The notes under the pieces: model-generated
Seen by the model: only the letters and a program-made list of their open reading frames with translations
Told to the model about the DNA's origin: nothing
Databases searched by the model: none
Translations under genes and position numbers: made by a program
IMG/VR virus record: IMGVR_UViG_3300028920_000056
Coordinates: 1 to 64,000 of that record
Strand: one strand, 5' to 3'
Length of the DNA stretch: 64,000 bases
Origin: a virus
Shown: one piece after another, positions 10,568 to 20,695 of the stretch
Layout of the letters: each line of letters opens with the position of its first letter
Position numbering within the stretch: position 1 is the stretch's first letter

Positions 10568-11746
10568 ATGATTATTACAGAGGGCAAGATCAGAGACAGA
10601 ATAGCTATTATATATGGTCGTTTTCAGCCATTAACAAAAGCACATTATGAGATGATTGAAAAAGTAAGAAAAATGTATCATACAATTTTCATATTCCCAG
10701 TACAAGGTCCTAAAGCATATAAAACAATAGCAAAAACTGACAAAGGAAAGAAAAGTGAATTATCTAGAAAATTGAGTAGAAGTCCTTTCCCGGTAGGTTT
10801 AAGAATTGATTTAATTAATAAAGCTTTTCCAAAAATTCCAAGTGATCATATAATACATGCTACTTCAGGTGGGATAGAACATATATATAATACTATAAAA
10901 AGATTACATCCTTCTATTGAAACAAATAAATTAGATGTATATGCTGGTCCTGATGAATATGAATCTTACCAAGCTCAATTAAAATATATAAAAAATAAAG
11001 ATCTTGATATAAAAATAATTAAACATGATGTAGGTTCAAGAGAAGAAGTGTCAGGAACAAAATTGAGAGCTGCACTTACTAATCCCAATAAAGAAGAAGG
11101 TTATCAAATATACAAAAAATTAGCTGCTCCACCATTAGCAGATGAAGGCAGCTATAATAGGTTAAGAAAAGTTATTAAAAAAATTCAAAAAGTGAATATA
11201 GAAGAAAATATGCGATCATTTATGAATCAGATTAAAGAAGACACTTTAGAAGGTATAGTAAAAAACATTAGAGTATATTTAAGAAAATATTATCCTAATA
11301 AAAAATTCAATAAAATCAAATGGGCTGATCATGATTCTTTTATTGCATTTGATAATAAAATTCCATTTAAAAATCGCTCATTAGGAGACAAGTATTGGAT
11401 AAATGCATCAATAATAAAAGTTCCTGTTATTGATTACCATTATTTTGTTGATGTTGATAATATTAGAACAAATAGAAAACCTAAAGTAGTAGTCAGTGAT
11501 TGTGATTATATAACTGAATTATCAGGCACAAGATATTTATGTGCTAAAGGTAATAAAGCCGATATTGTTAGTTTAGATTCAGGTACTAAAGGGACAGTGT
11601 TTGATGTTAAAATAACTGATTTATTTTTTTCACCAAGTCAAGTAGAAGCTACACATAGTCTTTATTTAAGACTATATTATGGCAAACATAAATTTAGACA
11701 TTATAGCAAACAAGAAATTATAGAATTAATATTTAAAGGTAAATAA
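10568..11746 (+). CDS. cytidylyltransferase-like (HIGH superfamily) nucleotidyltransferase
   Basis: IIYGRFQPLTKAH (HxGH variant), SPFP, AGPD, VSGTKLR. Confidence 0.8.
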   Translation: MIITEGKIRDRIAIIYGRFQPLTKAHYEMIEKVRKMYHTIFIFPVQGPKAYKTIAKTDKGKKSELSRKLSRSPFPVGLRIDLINKAFPKIPSDHIIHATSGGIEHIYNTIKRLHPSIETNKLDVYAGPDEYESYQAQLKYIKNKDLDIKIIKHDVGSREEVSGTKLRAALTNPNKEEGYQIYKKLAAPPLADEGSYNRLRKVIKKIQKVNIEENMRSFMNQIKEDTLEGIVKNIRVYLRKYYPNKKFNKIKWADHDSFIAFDNKIPFKNRSLGDKYWINASIIKVPVIDYHYFVDVDNIRTNRKPKVVVSDCDYITELSGTRYLCAKGNKADIVSLDSGTKGTVFDVKITDLFFSPSQVEATHSLYLRLYYGKHKFRHYSKQEIIELIFKGK

Positions 11747-12060
11747 TGAATGCATTAAATTATTTAGCAGGTAAAGAAAAAATACGACATAGATTGATAA
11801 TAGCACCATTTAATAAAGAAGGTTTTGGTTTTACAATTGATGATTTAGATAATTATGACAAAGCTTTTTTGTATAAACTAAGAGAACTTTGTCAAGTGGC
11901 ACTAGATGATCATTTATCCTTTGATATAAATTTTATGAGTACAGGATATATTGAAGTAACTGCTTCACATTCACCTGACAAAGAATATGATCTAGATGTT
12001 GGGAATTATTATTTTTTCTTTAACAAACGGGGTAGATTTTTGTCATATGATTTTGAGTGA
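11746..12060 (+). CDS. hypothetical small protein
   Basis: 104 aa, translationally coupled; C-terminal FFFNKRGRFL hairpin resembles 13450, 16440 and 16721. Confidence 0.55.
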   Translation: MNALNYLAGKEKIRHRLIIAPFNKEGFGFTIDDLDNYDKAFLYKLRELCQVALDDHLSFDINFMSTGYIEVTASHSPDKEYDLDVGNYYFFFNKRGRFLSYDFE

Positions 12061-12362
12061 GTTTAATTATGTTTAAAGAATATATTGGAAAATGGTTTAG
12101 AGATGATAGATACGATACATGGTATTTTTTTATAGAACTACATAAAGATAAAGAAAAGTCCAATTATCAATATCAGAGAAATCAAATTCGTTTTTCTGGT
12201 TTTACAATGCGTCAACATAGACGAATAAGTTATGTGAAAAACGCATTTCATTATAATATTGAAAATGAAACAAAGCTTAAAAGACTTAAAAAAGTCTTTA
12301 TGGATGAAGAAAAAGATTGGCTTAGTAGAAAAGCTATTAGAAATATTTTTTATAGTGATTAG
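12057..12362 (+). CDS. small protein, C-terminal IxxIF-tag family (FxEYIGKW subfamily)
   Basis: MFKEYIGKW ... WLSRKAIRNIF; paralogue of the next two ORFs. Confidence 0.7.
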   Translation: MSLIMFKEYIGKWFRDDRYDTWYFFIELHKDKEKSNYQYQRNQIRFSGFTMRQHRRISYVKNAFHYNIENETKLKRLKKVFMDEEKDWLSRKAIRNIFYSD

Positions 12363-12385
12363 TATAATTTTGAGCAGGTTTAATT

Positions 12386-12664
12386 ATGTTTGAAGAGTAT
12401 ATTGGAAAGTGGATATATAATAATGATAGTTATATATTTGCACTTAAAATAACAATACTATCTTTCACAAAAGAAAATAATATGTTGGGTATATATGGAT
12501 TTAAATACTATGGATCAACAGGTATGGTATTCGCATCCAGAAATTATTTTTTAATCACAGAGCCTATTTTAAAATTGAAATGTAAATTTGTTAAAGAATC
12601 AGAAATGATAATATGGCTAAGCAGACTAGCAATTGAATCAATATTTTCAAAAGAGTCATATTAA
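12386..12664 (+). CDS. small protein, C-terminal IxxIF-tag family
   Basis: MFEEYIGKW ... WLSRLAIESIF. Confidence 0.7.
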   Translation: MFEEYIGKWIYNNDSYIFALKITILSFTKENNMLGIYGFKYYGSTGMVFASRNYFLITEPILKLKCKFVKESEMIIWLSRLAIESIFSKESY

Positions 12665-12927
12665 TGTTTGAAGAATATCTTGGTAAATGGTTTATTACCA
12701 AAGGAAAAATAAATTATTTCTTTATAAAATTGTGGATAGGAGGAAGTTCCAGAACACTTGTTGTAATGAGTGGTTTTAATAGATACAATGACAGACGTGT
12801 ATGTTTTTATAAATCATATGCAGTTGGAAATTTAGATTTTTTAAAATATAATATAAAAGAAGTAAACAATAAAGAAGCCAGTTGGCTTAGCAGAAAAACT
12901 ATTAGATCTATTTTTGGGAGTGATTAG
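12664..12927 (+). CDS. small protein, C-terminal IxxIF-tag family
   Basis: MFEEYLGKW ... WLSRKTIRSIF. Confidence 0.7.
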   Translation: MFEEYLGKWFITKGKINYFFIKLWIGGSSRTLVVMSGFNRYNDRRVCFYKSYAVGNLDFLKYNIKEVNNKEASWLSRKTIRSIFGSD

Positions 12928-12928
12928 T

Positions 12929-13156
12929 ATGAATATGAATGATTTTTTAGATGACATGATAGATGAAGACATAACGCCTAAACATACATCAGCAATACAA
13001 CCTTTTTTAAAAAGTGCAGTAGTTGAATTCTTAAAAAAGAATGCGACACCTACCGATGATGAAGTTCATAGTTGGGCAAAGGAAAACAAATTTGACATTC
13101 ACAAAGTTGAAGAAATTATTTATCAAATTGCAAGTACATGTCTAAGGAAGCACTAA
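12929..13156 (+). CDS. hypothetical protein
   Basis: ATG after GGGAGTG; PTDDEVHSWA...EEIIY. Confidence 0.55.
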   Translation: MNMNDFLDDMIDEDITPKHTSAIQPFLKSAVVEFLKKNATPTDDEVHSWAKENKFDIHKVEEIIYQIASTCLRKH

Positions 13157-13161
13157 TAATA

Positions 13162-13437
13162 ATGAATTCTAAAATTGGGAAATGGCTAACACCAGATAAA
13201 AGCTTATATTATTTTTTAGTGAAAATGAAAAAATGTACTAGAGTTAGTGTTTATGGTTATGAAATAATAGGGTTTGAATTATATTCAAACACTAGAAGTT
13301 TAAAGTTGCAAAGAAATATAAAAAATAATTTTATTTCTAAAGTAGCGTTAGAGAAAATGTGGACTGAAGATGATGCAAGAGTAATAAGTAGATTACAAAA
13401 GTTAGCTTTGAGAACTATATTTAAAGATAAAGAATAA
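13162..13437 (+). CDS. small protein, C-terminal IxxIF-tag family
   Basis: MNSKIGKW ... ISRLQKLALRTIFK. Confidence 0.65.
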   Translation: MNSKIGKWLTPDKSLYYFLVKMKKCTRVSVYGYEIIGFELYSNTRSLKLQRNIKNNFISKVALEKMWTEDDARVISRLQKLALRTIFKDKE

Positions 13438-13449
13438 GGAACTATTTGA

Positions 13450-13866
13450 ATGACAAGTTATACACTTAGAAACCCTTTAGAAAATAATTTTGATAAACTC
13501 ATTTTTAAAATGATATTTGATGGTGTAGCTCATGATGACATAGCAATAGAAAGTAGTCAAGCTTGTAGAGATTTTTTTGCAAATGCTTTAAATGCACTTG
13601 ATGACCCAGCTGTAAGATTTAACATGGAAGAATTAAAAAAGGGTTTAAAGTTCACTTTAAATTGGGATAATGTGCTTGCTTTTCAAATGCCAATAGAGTG
13701 GGTAAGTAAAAAAACAGGTAAAAAACATAAGACTGTTAACATAGAAGTTTCAGCACAAGCTGGTTTTATGGATAAATATGGAGATATAGGCGTAGTTGGT
13801 GACATAGGGTTTGAAATTAGTCCTAGTGGTAAGTTAGTTAAAATAAATTGGGATAGGTTAGATTAA
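13450..13866 (+). CDS. small protein with N-terminal IxxIF helix
   Basis: FDKLIFKMIFDG near the N-terminus. Confidence 0.55.
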   Translation: MTSYTLRNPLENNFDKLIFKMIFDGVAHDDIAIESSQACRDFFANALNALDDPAVRFNMEELKKGLKFTLNWDNVLAFQMPIEWVSKKTGKKHKTVNIEVSAQAGFMDKYGDIGVVGDIGFEISPSGKLVKINWDRLD

Positions 13867-14225
13867 TGAAGATCTTTATAATACCAGATATTGACATGAA
13901 AATGAATTATGCCCATGCTTTTAGTTCAATGGACAAATGTATTGAATTTGCACTTAGAGAAACTGCTAAACGCAACACATGGGATTGGAAACTTGAAAAA
14001 TTTAGCAATTTTGATGAAATAAAAAGATCTATGATTGATGAATTGAAGCGCCAACTTTCAAAATTTTATGAATTCGATATAGATTCCGGAGAAACTCCTA
14101 TAGCTCATAAAGGAGCAACAAAGTTTAAAAAAGCAAATATAAATAACATTATAACTCCAGAAATTTTAAGGGTATATTATAAATATTTTATAATGAATGT
14201 TTTTAATAAGGACGAAGATAGATGA
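13866..14225 (+). CDS. small protein, C-terminal IxxIF-tag family
   Basis: ends YKYFIMNVFNK. Confidence 0.55.
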   Translation: MKIFIIPDIDMKMNYAHAFSSMDKCIEFALRETAKRNTWDWKLEKFSNFDEIKRSMIDELKRQLSKFYEFDIDSGETPIAHKGATKFKKANINNIITPEILRVYYKYFIMNVFNKDEDR

Positions 14226-14503
14226 AACTACAAGAAGCATTATTAATAGAAAAGAAATCAGAATTTGATAGATTACAAAAAAACAAAGTTCCTCTTACTG
14301 ATGAAGAAAGAGCAGAAGTTATGAAAGCAAAAGCTATATGGCACCATGGACCACATGGAGAAGCAACTCCAGCAGTATGGAAAAGTAAAAAGAAGGATGG
14401 TTCTTTCATTTACATTACACACACTCATAGAGCATATAATACAGCACCAACTTTGAAAGGTGCTATTTCAAGATATCATAAATTTATTAAAGGTACAGCA
14501 TAA
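14222..14503 (+). CDS. hypothetical protein, possible head-internal protein
   Basis: MKLQEALLIE leader; His/Trp-rich conserved-looking core. Confidence 0.6.
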   Translation: MKLQEALLIEKKSEFDRLQKNKVPLTDEERAEVMKAKAIWHHGPHGEATPAVWKSKKKDGSFIYITHTHRAYNTAPTLKGAISRYHKFIKGTA

Positions 14504-14916
14504 TGAAAAAATTAAATGAGTTTTTAAATATTCTTAGAGAATCTAAAGAAAAGGCAGGTTTTCATACCAATATAGAAGAAGACACAAAGAGTAACAACAA
14601 CTTCAGAAAAGTATTATTTACAGCAGAGCGTATTCAATTAGTTTTAATGTCACTGAAACCAAATGAAGACATTGGTCTAGAAAAACATAATGTTGACCAA
14701 TTTTTTAGAGTAGACTCAGGCAATGGTGAAGCTATCATAGATGGACACAAATATGAATTGAAAAATGGTGACGCAATAATAGTTCCCGCAAATTCAGAAC
14801 ATAATATAACAGCTGGAGATGAAGGTTTAAAGTTGTATACACTTTATGCTCCACCACATCACAAAGATGGCATAGTAAGAAAAACAAAGGAAGACGCTGA
14901 AAATAAACCAGAATGA
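14503..14916 (+). CDS. cupin domain protein
   Basis: QLVLMSLKPNEDIGLEKH..DQFFRVDSG..G..IIVPANSEHNI..LKLYTLYAPPHH. Confidence 0.9.
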   Translation: MKKLNEFLNILRESKEKAGFHTNIEEDTKSNNNFRKVLFTAERIQLVLMSLKPNEDIGLEKHNVDQFFRVDSGNGEAIIDGHKYELKNGDAIIVPANSEHNITAGDEGLKLYTLYAPPHHKDGIVRKTKEDAENKPE

Positions 14917-15386
14917 CTAAAGAGCAAATAAAGAAAAAGTTAAATTTAGATAACATTGGCAATTTCTATGAAGGCAGAGCTTGGATCCAGAAAAATGATA
15001 AAGAGGGTCATGTTGATATAAATGGCAAAGTGACAACGCCAATAATTTATGACTATACTGGCCCTTTCCAAGAAGGCAGAGCTCGAGTTAAGAAAAATGG
15101 TAAATGCGGTCATGTTGATCTAAATGGTAATGTAACAACACCAATAATTTATGATGATGTTGGCGATTTCAATGAAGGCAGAACTTGGGTTGAAAAAAAT
15201 GGTAAAGAGGGTCATGTTGATCTAAATGGTAAAGTGACAACGCCTATAGTTTATGATAGTGTTGGCAGTTTCAAAGAAGGCAGAGCAGAAACTCAATTAA
15301 ATAATTTTAGATTTTTTATAAACAAAAAAGGATATCCTACTGAACATAAAGATTTTTATAAATTGATAAAAGGTTTGTTTAAATGA
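14913..15386 (+). CDS. WG-repeat (KWG-like) protein, paralogue 1
   Basis: 35-aa repeats F.EGRAWV.KNGK.GHVD.NG.VTTPIIYD; ends FYKLIKGLFK. Confidence 0.85.
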   Translation: MTKEQIKKKLNLDNIGNFYEGRAWIQKNDKEGHVDINGKVTTPIIYDYTGPFQEGRARVKKNGKCGHVDLNGNVTTPIIYDDVGDFNEGRTWVEKNGKEGHVDLNGKVTTPIVYDSVGSFKEGRAETQLNNFRFFINKKGYPTEHKDFYKLIKGLFK

Positions 15387-15844
15387 CTAAAGAACAAATA
15401 AAGAAAAAACTAAAGCTAGATGAAATTGGCTCTTTCTCTGAAGGCAGAGCTCGAGTTAAGAAAAATGGTAAATATGGCCATATTGACAAAAATGGCAAAG
15501 TGACAACGCCAATAGTTTATGGGGGTGTTGGCAATTTCTATGAAGGCAGAGCTTGGGTTAAGAAAAATGGAAAAGAGGGTCATGTTGATCTAAATGGTAA
15601 TGTGACAACACCAATAATTTATGATGATGTTGGCCCTTTCAATGAAGGCAGAGCTTGGGTCCAGAAAAATGGTAAAGAGGGTCATGTTGATCTAAATGGT
15701 AAAGTGACAACGCCTATAGTTTATGATAGTGTTGGCTATTTCCAAGAAGGCAGAGCTAGAGCTGTAATCAAAAATTTTGGATTTTATATAAACAAAAAAG
15801 GATATCCATTTGATTTTTATAAATTGATAAAGAGTATATTCTAA
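15383..15844 (+). CDS. WG-repeat protein, paralogue 2
   Basis: same 105-bp repeat unit; ends FYKLIKSIF. Confidence 0.85.
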   Translation: MTKEQIKKKLKLDEIGSFSEGRARVKKNGKYGHIDKNGKVTTPIVYGGVGNFYEGRAWVKKNGKEGHVDLNGNVTTPIIYDDVGPFNEGRAWVQKNGKEGHVDLNGKVTTPIVYDSVGYFQEGRARAVIKNFGFYINKKGYPFDFYKLIKSIF

Positions 15845-16158
15845 TGAACTTTATGCATGAAGCAATCAAACAAATATTTATTCACGGGAAAGGATTTCTA
15901 AGTGGAAATATAGATAGCTATCTATATAATGAACTAGAAGATATCTGCTTAAATGAAAGAGAATATTTAGAAATTATTGAATGTGAAGAAATAGAATTTA
16001 AAAAAGATCATTTCACTTTTTTATTAGCTGTTAACGATGTTCAAAAAAGATTAGAGTGGAATGAAAATAATTTACCATGGGTAAAAATAACAGTACAATA
16101 TAATAGTGCAAAATGGGATGCCGAATATGGGTATGGTCACTCACCATATAACAAATAG
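15844..16158 (+). CDS. small protein with N-terminal IxxIF helix
   Basis: MHEAIKQIF. Confidence 0.55.
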   Translation: MNFMHEAIKQIFIHGKGFLSGNIDSYLYNELEDICLNEREYLEIIECEEIEFKKDHFTFLLAVNDVQKRLEWNENNLPWVKITVQYNSAKWDAEYGYGHSPYNK

Positions 16159-16176
16159 AACTTTGGAAGTCTAATA

Positions 16177-16440
16177 ATGGACTTAGAAAAAATGTTAGAA
16201 AAACTAAATCAAGAACTTGGAGAAGCAAAAGAAATTCCTAGTAAACATCCTGGGAAAGAGATTTCTGCTGAAAAGAGAAGTGAGATAGTAAAGAAAGCAA
16301 AGAAGGGTGAAGACATTGGGAAAAAAGGTAAGAAGTTCAAAGAAGTGGCAAAGAAGGCTGCTGAGCATTATGGCTCAAAAGAATCAGGCAAGAGAATTGC
16401 TGCATCTGCAATGTGGAAAAATATTAAAAAGAAAGGATAA
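16177..16440 (+). CDS. basic protein, possible head-internal/DNA-binding protein
   Basis: LEKMLE..LGE leader; DIGKKGKKFKEVAKKAAEHYGSKESGKRIAASAMWK. Confidence 0.6.
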   Translation: MDLEKMLEKLNQELGEAKEIPSKHPGKEISAEKRSEIVKKAKKGEDIGKKGKKFKEVAKKAAEHYGSKESGKRIAASAMWKNIKKKG

Positions 16441-16730
16441 TGGTGAAATTTAAAGATTTAGATTTCAAAAAAGACATTATACAAGGTATATTTATCTCAA
16501 ATCATTTTACATCAGAATTGATAAAAGCATGTGAAGAGGCATTGGAATATTATACTACTTATCATTCTATAGATGTTGACGCAAATGATATCTCTTGGCA
16601 AATTGATGCATCTAGTCGTATATATTTGATTCTTGGCGGGAATATGATGGGTACAGATGAGCCAGCAGATTTTTTTATTGAATTTGATAGTAATGGAAAA
16701 ATACTTGATGCAAGAGCACAATGGGGATAG
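16440..16730 (+). CDS. small protein with N-terminal IxxIF helix
   Basis: FKKDIIQGIF. Confidence 0.55.
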   Translation: MVKFKDLDFKKDIIQGIFISNHFTSELIKACEEALEYYTTYHSIDVDANDISWQIDASSRIYLILGGNMMGTDEPADFFIEFDSNGKILDARAQWG

Positions 16731-17053
16731 AATTGAATATTAATGTTGATATCAAAAAATTTTATTTTTATGTTATTTTTTCTAGCACATATGAAGATAC
16801 AGTATTAAGAACTGGTGACAAAGTTATAGTGCACGAAGGTTTTCTTAACAAAGAATTCCATGAATTGCTAGAACATATTATTCAGCAAATTAAAGAAGGA
16901 ATTTTGTTAAGAAGGGATTTAATGGATTTAGATATTAATAAAAGAACTTTAGGGATTGAAATTAGCATTAGTGCTGACTGTGGTAATAAAACAGCTACAG
17001 CTGTTTTTAAAGGTGAAAATGGTTACTTAAATTATGTAACATTAGAGTATTAA
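16721..17053 (+). CDS. hypothetical small protein
   Basis: 110 aa, coupled; IKKFYFYVIF near the N-terminus. Confidence 0.5.
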   Translation: MGIELNINVDIKKFYFYVIFSSTYEDTVLRTGDKVIVHEGFLNKEFHELLEHIIQQIKEGILLRRDLMDLDINKRTLGIEISISADCGNKTATAVFKGENGYLNYVTLEY

Positions 17054-17188
17054 ACGAACTTACAAAATTAATAGAAAGCTTACTAAATGATGGTGGAAAG
17101 AGACTTTTTCTTAGGGAGAAAGAAAAATAATTGATGCAATAGCATGACATGCTTAATAAATGCATAGTTACTTTTACAGGAGGTAACT

Positions 17189-18487
17189 ATGGGTGGAGCA
17201 GCAGGACACATACAACATCCCTATGATAAATATAAAGATCCCCAAGACTTTTTAAAATTTTTTAAAAAATTCATATCAGGTGAAATCGAAGGTACTGAGA
17301 AAGTAGACGGCTACAACCTTTTTGTTGGCTTTAACAAAAAAGGTAATGTGGTTGCGGCAAGAAATAAAAACCAAATTCCAATAAAAAGTATAATAGAAAA
17401 ATTTCCTCTTACACATGGAGCTTATGCTGGTTTTAGTGCGGGTTGGAAAGCAATTAAGTCTAAACTTGAAAATCTATCAAAATCTGATAGAATAAAATAT
17501 AATTTAATTGACAACTTCTTAAATATAGAAATATTATTCAGTTACATTCCTAACGTAGTACCTTATAGCATGACTACAAATTATATTGTGTTTCATGACT
17601 ATGCTGGCAATCCTGATAATAGTTGGCAGCCTCAAAACGTTGAGAATGAAAAAGCTTTATTAAAGAAGCTAGCTAATAAATTAAATTCAGTTGCCATTAA
17701 TAGCTCTGAAATAATATTTGTTGGCAACCCGGGGAAAGTTAAACAAATTAGAAAAGACATCAAATCATACTGGGAGTTTAAAGGACCAATTGATATTACC
17801 AAAAAAGATATTAAATCCCAGTTAGTAAACATTGCAAAAGAGTGGCAAAGATATCCTGAAATTTTAAAACTGAAAAGAACAAAGGATAGTACTAAACAAC
17901 TAGAATTAATGAAAACTATAACAAAAAAAATTGGTTCAGAAGTTTTAAAAGCTATAGTCTCTAAGCTTTCTGAAACTGGCAAGAAAGTTGATGGATATCC
18001 TGGAATAGAAGGAATTGTTATAAAACAAGGTGGCGATAAAATAAAAATTACAGGATCATTTTTAAATTATAGTAATCCAGATGATGTTTTTATTTTTGAT
18101 GCAACAAGAAGCCTTAGAGAATATATACAAAAAGAAGTTTTTGGATTAACAACTATAACATTACGCAGTTTAAAAGATAAATCTTTCAAAGGCTTAAACA
18201 ATTATATAATAACTAAGAGAAAGAAAAAATATACATATGACATCAACGAACTTTTAGACGATTCTGTAAAAGATAATATATACCAGCTTATAAAAAAAGC
18301 TCAACAAGATATTAAAAATATTCTGCCAGATTTAAGAAAAAAAGCAAGAGAATATGACATACATAATATGTTATCACAGTCTTTTATATTGAGTAAATTA
18401 AAGGAAGCAGTAGAAAAATCTACTATATTAGAAGAAATTCTACATGCTTATGCAAAAATATTTTATAATATTAAGAAGAGGAGTTAA
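17189..18487 (+). CDS. conserved T4-like phage protein with RNA-ligase-like nucleotidyltransferase motifs
   Basis: MGGAAGHIQHPYD start; TEKVDG (motif I-like), EGIVI (IV-like), KITG (V-like); GGAGG RBS. Confidence 0.65.
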   Translation: MGGAAGHIQHPYDKYKDPQDFLKFFKKFISGEIEGTEKVDGYNLFVGFNKKGNVVAARNKNQIPIKSIIEKFPLTHGAYAGFSAGWKAIKSKLENLSKSDRIKYNLIDNFLNIEILFSYIPNVVPYSMTTNYIVFHDYAGNPDNSWQPQNVENEKALLKKLANKLNSVAINSSEIIFVGNPGKVKQIRKDIKSYWEFKGPIDITKKDIKSQLVNIAKEWQRYPEILKLKRTKDSTKQLELMKTITKKIGSEVLKAIVSKLSETGKKVDGYPGIEGIVIKQGGDKIKITGSFLNYSNPDDVFIFDATRSLREYIQKEVFGLTTITLRSLKDKSFKGLNNYIITKRKKKYTYDINELLDDSVKDNIYQLIKKAQQDIKNILPDLRKKAREYDIHNMLSQSFILSKLKEAVEKSTILEEILHAYAKIFYNIKKRS

Positions 18488-18589
18488 CATGAACAAGAGA
18501 ATCAAATTTAGAGGAAGACGTAGCAATAAAGCAATCAAAAGACAACTTAAACAAGATAAAGAAACAAGGATAAGCTATAGAAAAAAGAA

Positions 18590-18904
18590 ATGAAACCAGG
18601 CGATTTAATTAAATATCCAGATACAGTTAGTAAAGATGAAATTGCTATATATTTAGGAGAAAGAGTTGGTGTGCTTAAAATGATGCAAGTTATACCAATC
18701 GCAACAATATATTCTCCTCAATATTATAAAGACCGCACTGTTGAAGAAAAAGTTGAATATTACACCGACTATAAAAAAATACTAATTCAAAGCTTACTGC
18801 GACATAGAGGCGAAGCGGTAGTTTCCCCAAAAGAAGTTTGTTTCCATAAATTTTTTGAAACAAATTTACCAAGATTAGTCATAGAAAAAATATTTAATAT
18901 ATAA
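18590..18904 (+). CDS. small protein, C-terminal IxxIF-tag family
   Basis: MKPGDLIKY ... PRLVIEKIFNI. Confidence 0.6.
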   Translation: MKPGDLIKYPDTVSKDEIAIYLGERVGVLKMMQVIPIATIYSPQYYKDRTVEEKVEYYTDYKKILIQSLLRHRGEAVVSPKEVCFHKFFETNLPRLVIEKIFNI

Positions 18905-19056
18905 CCTCACATAATTTATATTAATGAAATTCTTAAAAATATTAATTGCAAATATTTTAGCAATATATATCGAGTATAATTTTAAAAGTGTGCTAATTGG
19001 GACACTTATAGGTTATATAATATTATTAATTATATTTAATATAATAGGGAGTTAAT

Positions 19057-19689
19057 ATGAATTTAGAAAAATTTAGAAACAAATTAATAGTGTTAGAAGG
19101 TGGTGATGCATGTGGTAAAACTACAGTCGCAAAAATGCTAGTAGATTATCTTAATAAAAATAATATTTCTACAATATTTACATTTCAACCAGGTGATCCC
19201 AATTATGGGCTACATGGACAACTGTTTAGAAGTATGTGTAAAGACAAAAGATGGAATCTGCATTCTCTTACCAATTTCTTTATTTTCTTTGCTGACAAAG
19301 TAGAGCAAGCGGATAAAATAATTGAACCAGCTCTCAAAGCTGGCAAAACAGTTGTCAGTGACAGGTGGTGGCATAGTACATATGCATATCAATTTTGTGG
19401 TAAAGAAATAGTAGAAAAATATAATATGCCAGAAGTTGTAGGCATGTGGTTAAATAAATTTTCTGTTCTTGGTCTAGATCCAGATGTTGTATTTTACTTC
19501 CATCAACAAATAGAAAAACATAACAGAGAAGAATATAAGAATGACCTTTTTGATGCTGAAGCAGAAGAATTCAAAAAGAGAGTGCATGATGGCTATGAAG
19601 CGCTTGCTGAATTACCCAATGTATGTAGAGTTGATAAGGGAGATAGTGCAGAAGAAACTTTACAAAATTTGCTTTTAATAGATTTTTAA
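19057..19689 (+). CDS. tmk: thymidylate kinase
   Basis: LIVLEGGDACGKTT P-loop, FQPG, FFAD, VVSDRWWHSTYAYQ, PDVVFY. Confidence 0.9.
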   Translation: MNLEKFRNKLIVLEGGDACGKTTVAKMLVDYLNKNNISTIFTFQPGDPNYGLHGQLFRSMCKDKRWNLHSLTNFFIFFADKVEQADKIIEPALKAGKTVVSDRWWHSTYAYQFCGKEIVEKYNMPEVVGMWLNKFSVLGLDPDVVFYFHQQIEKHNREEYKNDLFDAEAEEFKKRVHDGYEALAELPNVCRVDKGDSAEETLQNLLLIDF

Positions 19690-19703
19690 AGCAAGTTAAC
19701 TAT

Positions 19704-20360
19704 ATGATAAAAAAAGGTGATATAGTATATACTATATTTTTTATTAATAATACTGAAATTTCATATATTAACAAACAAAAAGTTTTAAGATTAAGTGTTA
19801 GTAGTAATTATTTATGTTATGGAAAAGTTTTAAAGACTTACTATAAATCACCTAAATGTGGTATTGATTATTTTATAGTTTTTGACACAAGTTTTACGTC
19901 ATTAAGCTCTTTAATAAAATTTTTAATTAAAAGAATATTTTCTGAAAATGAAGATAAAATAAATCTACTTGAAGCTCTAGAGATAAAAAAGATAAAATAT
20001 TCTGGCACTAGAAAGAATTATAAAATACATGACTCAAATCCAAATGTTTTAATTATAGACAAAGAATATAATGTTGATGGCCATGGTGAAAGTGTATTAG
20101 GAATCAATTTAAACTATTTAGACAAACTCAGCAAAGCTGATAAAAAAGCTCTTATTAGAGATGTAAACAAATTAGACAATTCAATACTCAAGATTAGCGG
20201 CATAAAAGCCTGGCTGCGTAGTATATTCAGTATAGGTGATTATGATTTATCAACTGATGAAAAAATCAAAAGATACAAAGAATTAATAAAGAAATTCCCT
20301 ATATTGAAAAAAGTTATTAGACGATATAAATATGAAGGAATTAGTAAATGGAAGAAATAA
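19704..20360 (+). CDS. apparent fusion of an IxxIF-tag protein with a second protein
   Basis: MIKKGDIVY...LIKRIFSE then LLEALE...DSNPNVL...LGINLNYL..IRRYK (resembles T4 DNA end protector-type motifs). Confidence 0.5.
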   Translation: MIKKGDIVYTIFFINNTEISYINKQKVLRLSVSSNYLCYGKVLKTYYKSPKCGIDYFIVFDTSFTSLSSLIKFLIKRIFSENEDKINLLEALEIKKIKYSGTRKNYKIHDSNPNVLIIDKEYNVDGHGESVLGINLNYLDKLSKADKKALIRDVNKLDNSILKISGIKAWLRSIFSIGDYDLSTDEKIKRYKELIKKFPILKKVIRRYKYEGISKWKK

Positions 20361-20695
20361 ATGAAGCAGGTATTGATTTAGAAGATCTTCCTAACAAACC
20401 GGGGAATTGGTATATTACTTGGCATTGCAGAAAAGACTATAGTGAAATTGGGGAATGGTATTGCAGCATCAGTTGTAATAGTCGCAAAGCTGTTACAGGA
20501 TGGAAAAACGGCAGACCGCATGGTAGATGGATTAAATGGAACAAAAATGGAAAAATGATGTCATATGTAGAATATAATCTTGGAAGAGCAAATGGGATTA
20601 AAAAAGAATGGTCAGATGATAAATTAATCATTGACCAAATATGGGAAGATGGTTTACTTATTAAAGATAATTTAAAAGAAAAAGAAAATGCATGA
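20348..20695 (+). CDS. MORN-like repeat protein
   Basis: WKNGRPHGRWIKWNKNG, YNLGRANGIKKEW, WEDG. Confidence 0.7.
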   Translation: MEEINEAGIDLEDLPNKPGNWYITWHCRKDYSEIGEWYCSISCNSRKAVTGWKNGRPHGRWIKWNKNGKMMSYVEYNLGRANGIKKEWSDDKLIIDQIWEDGLLIKDNLKEKENA

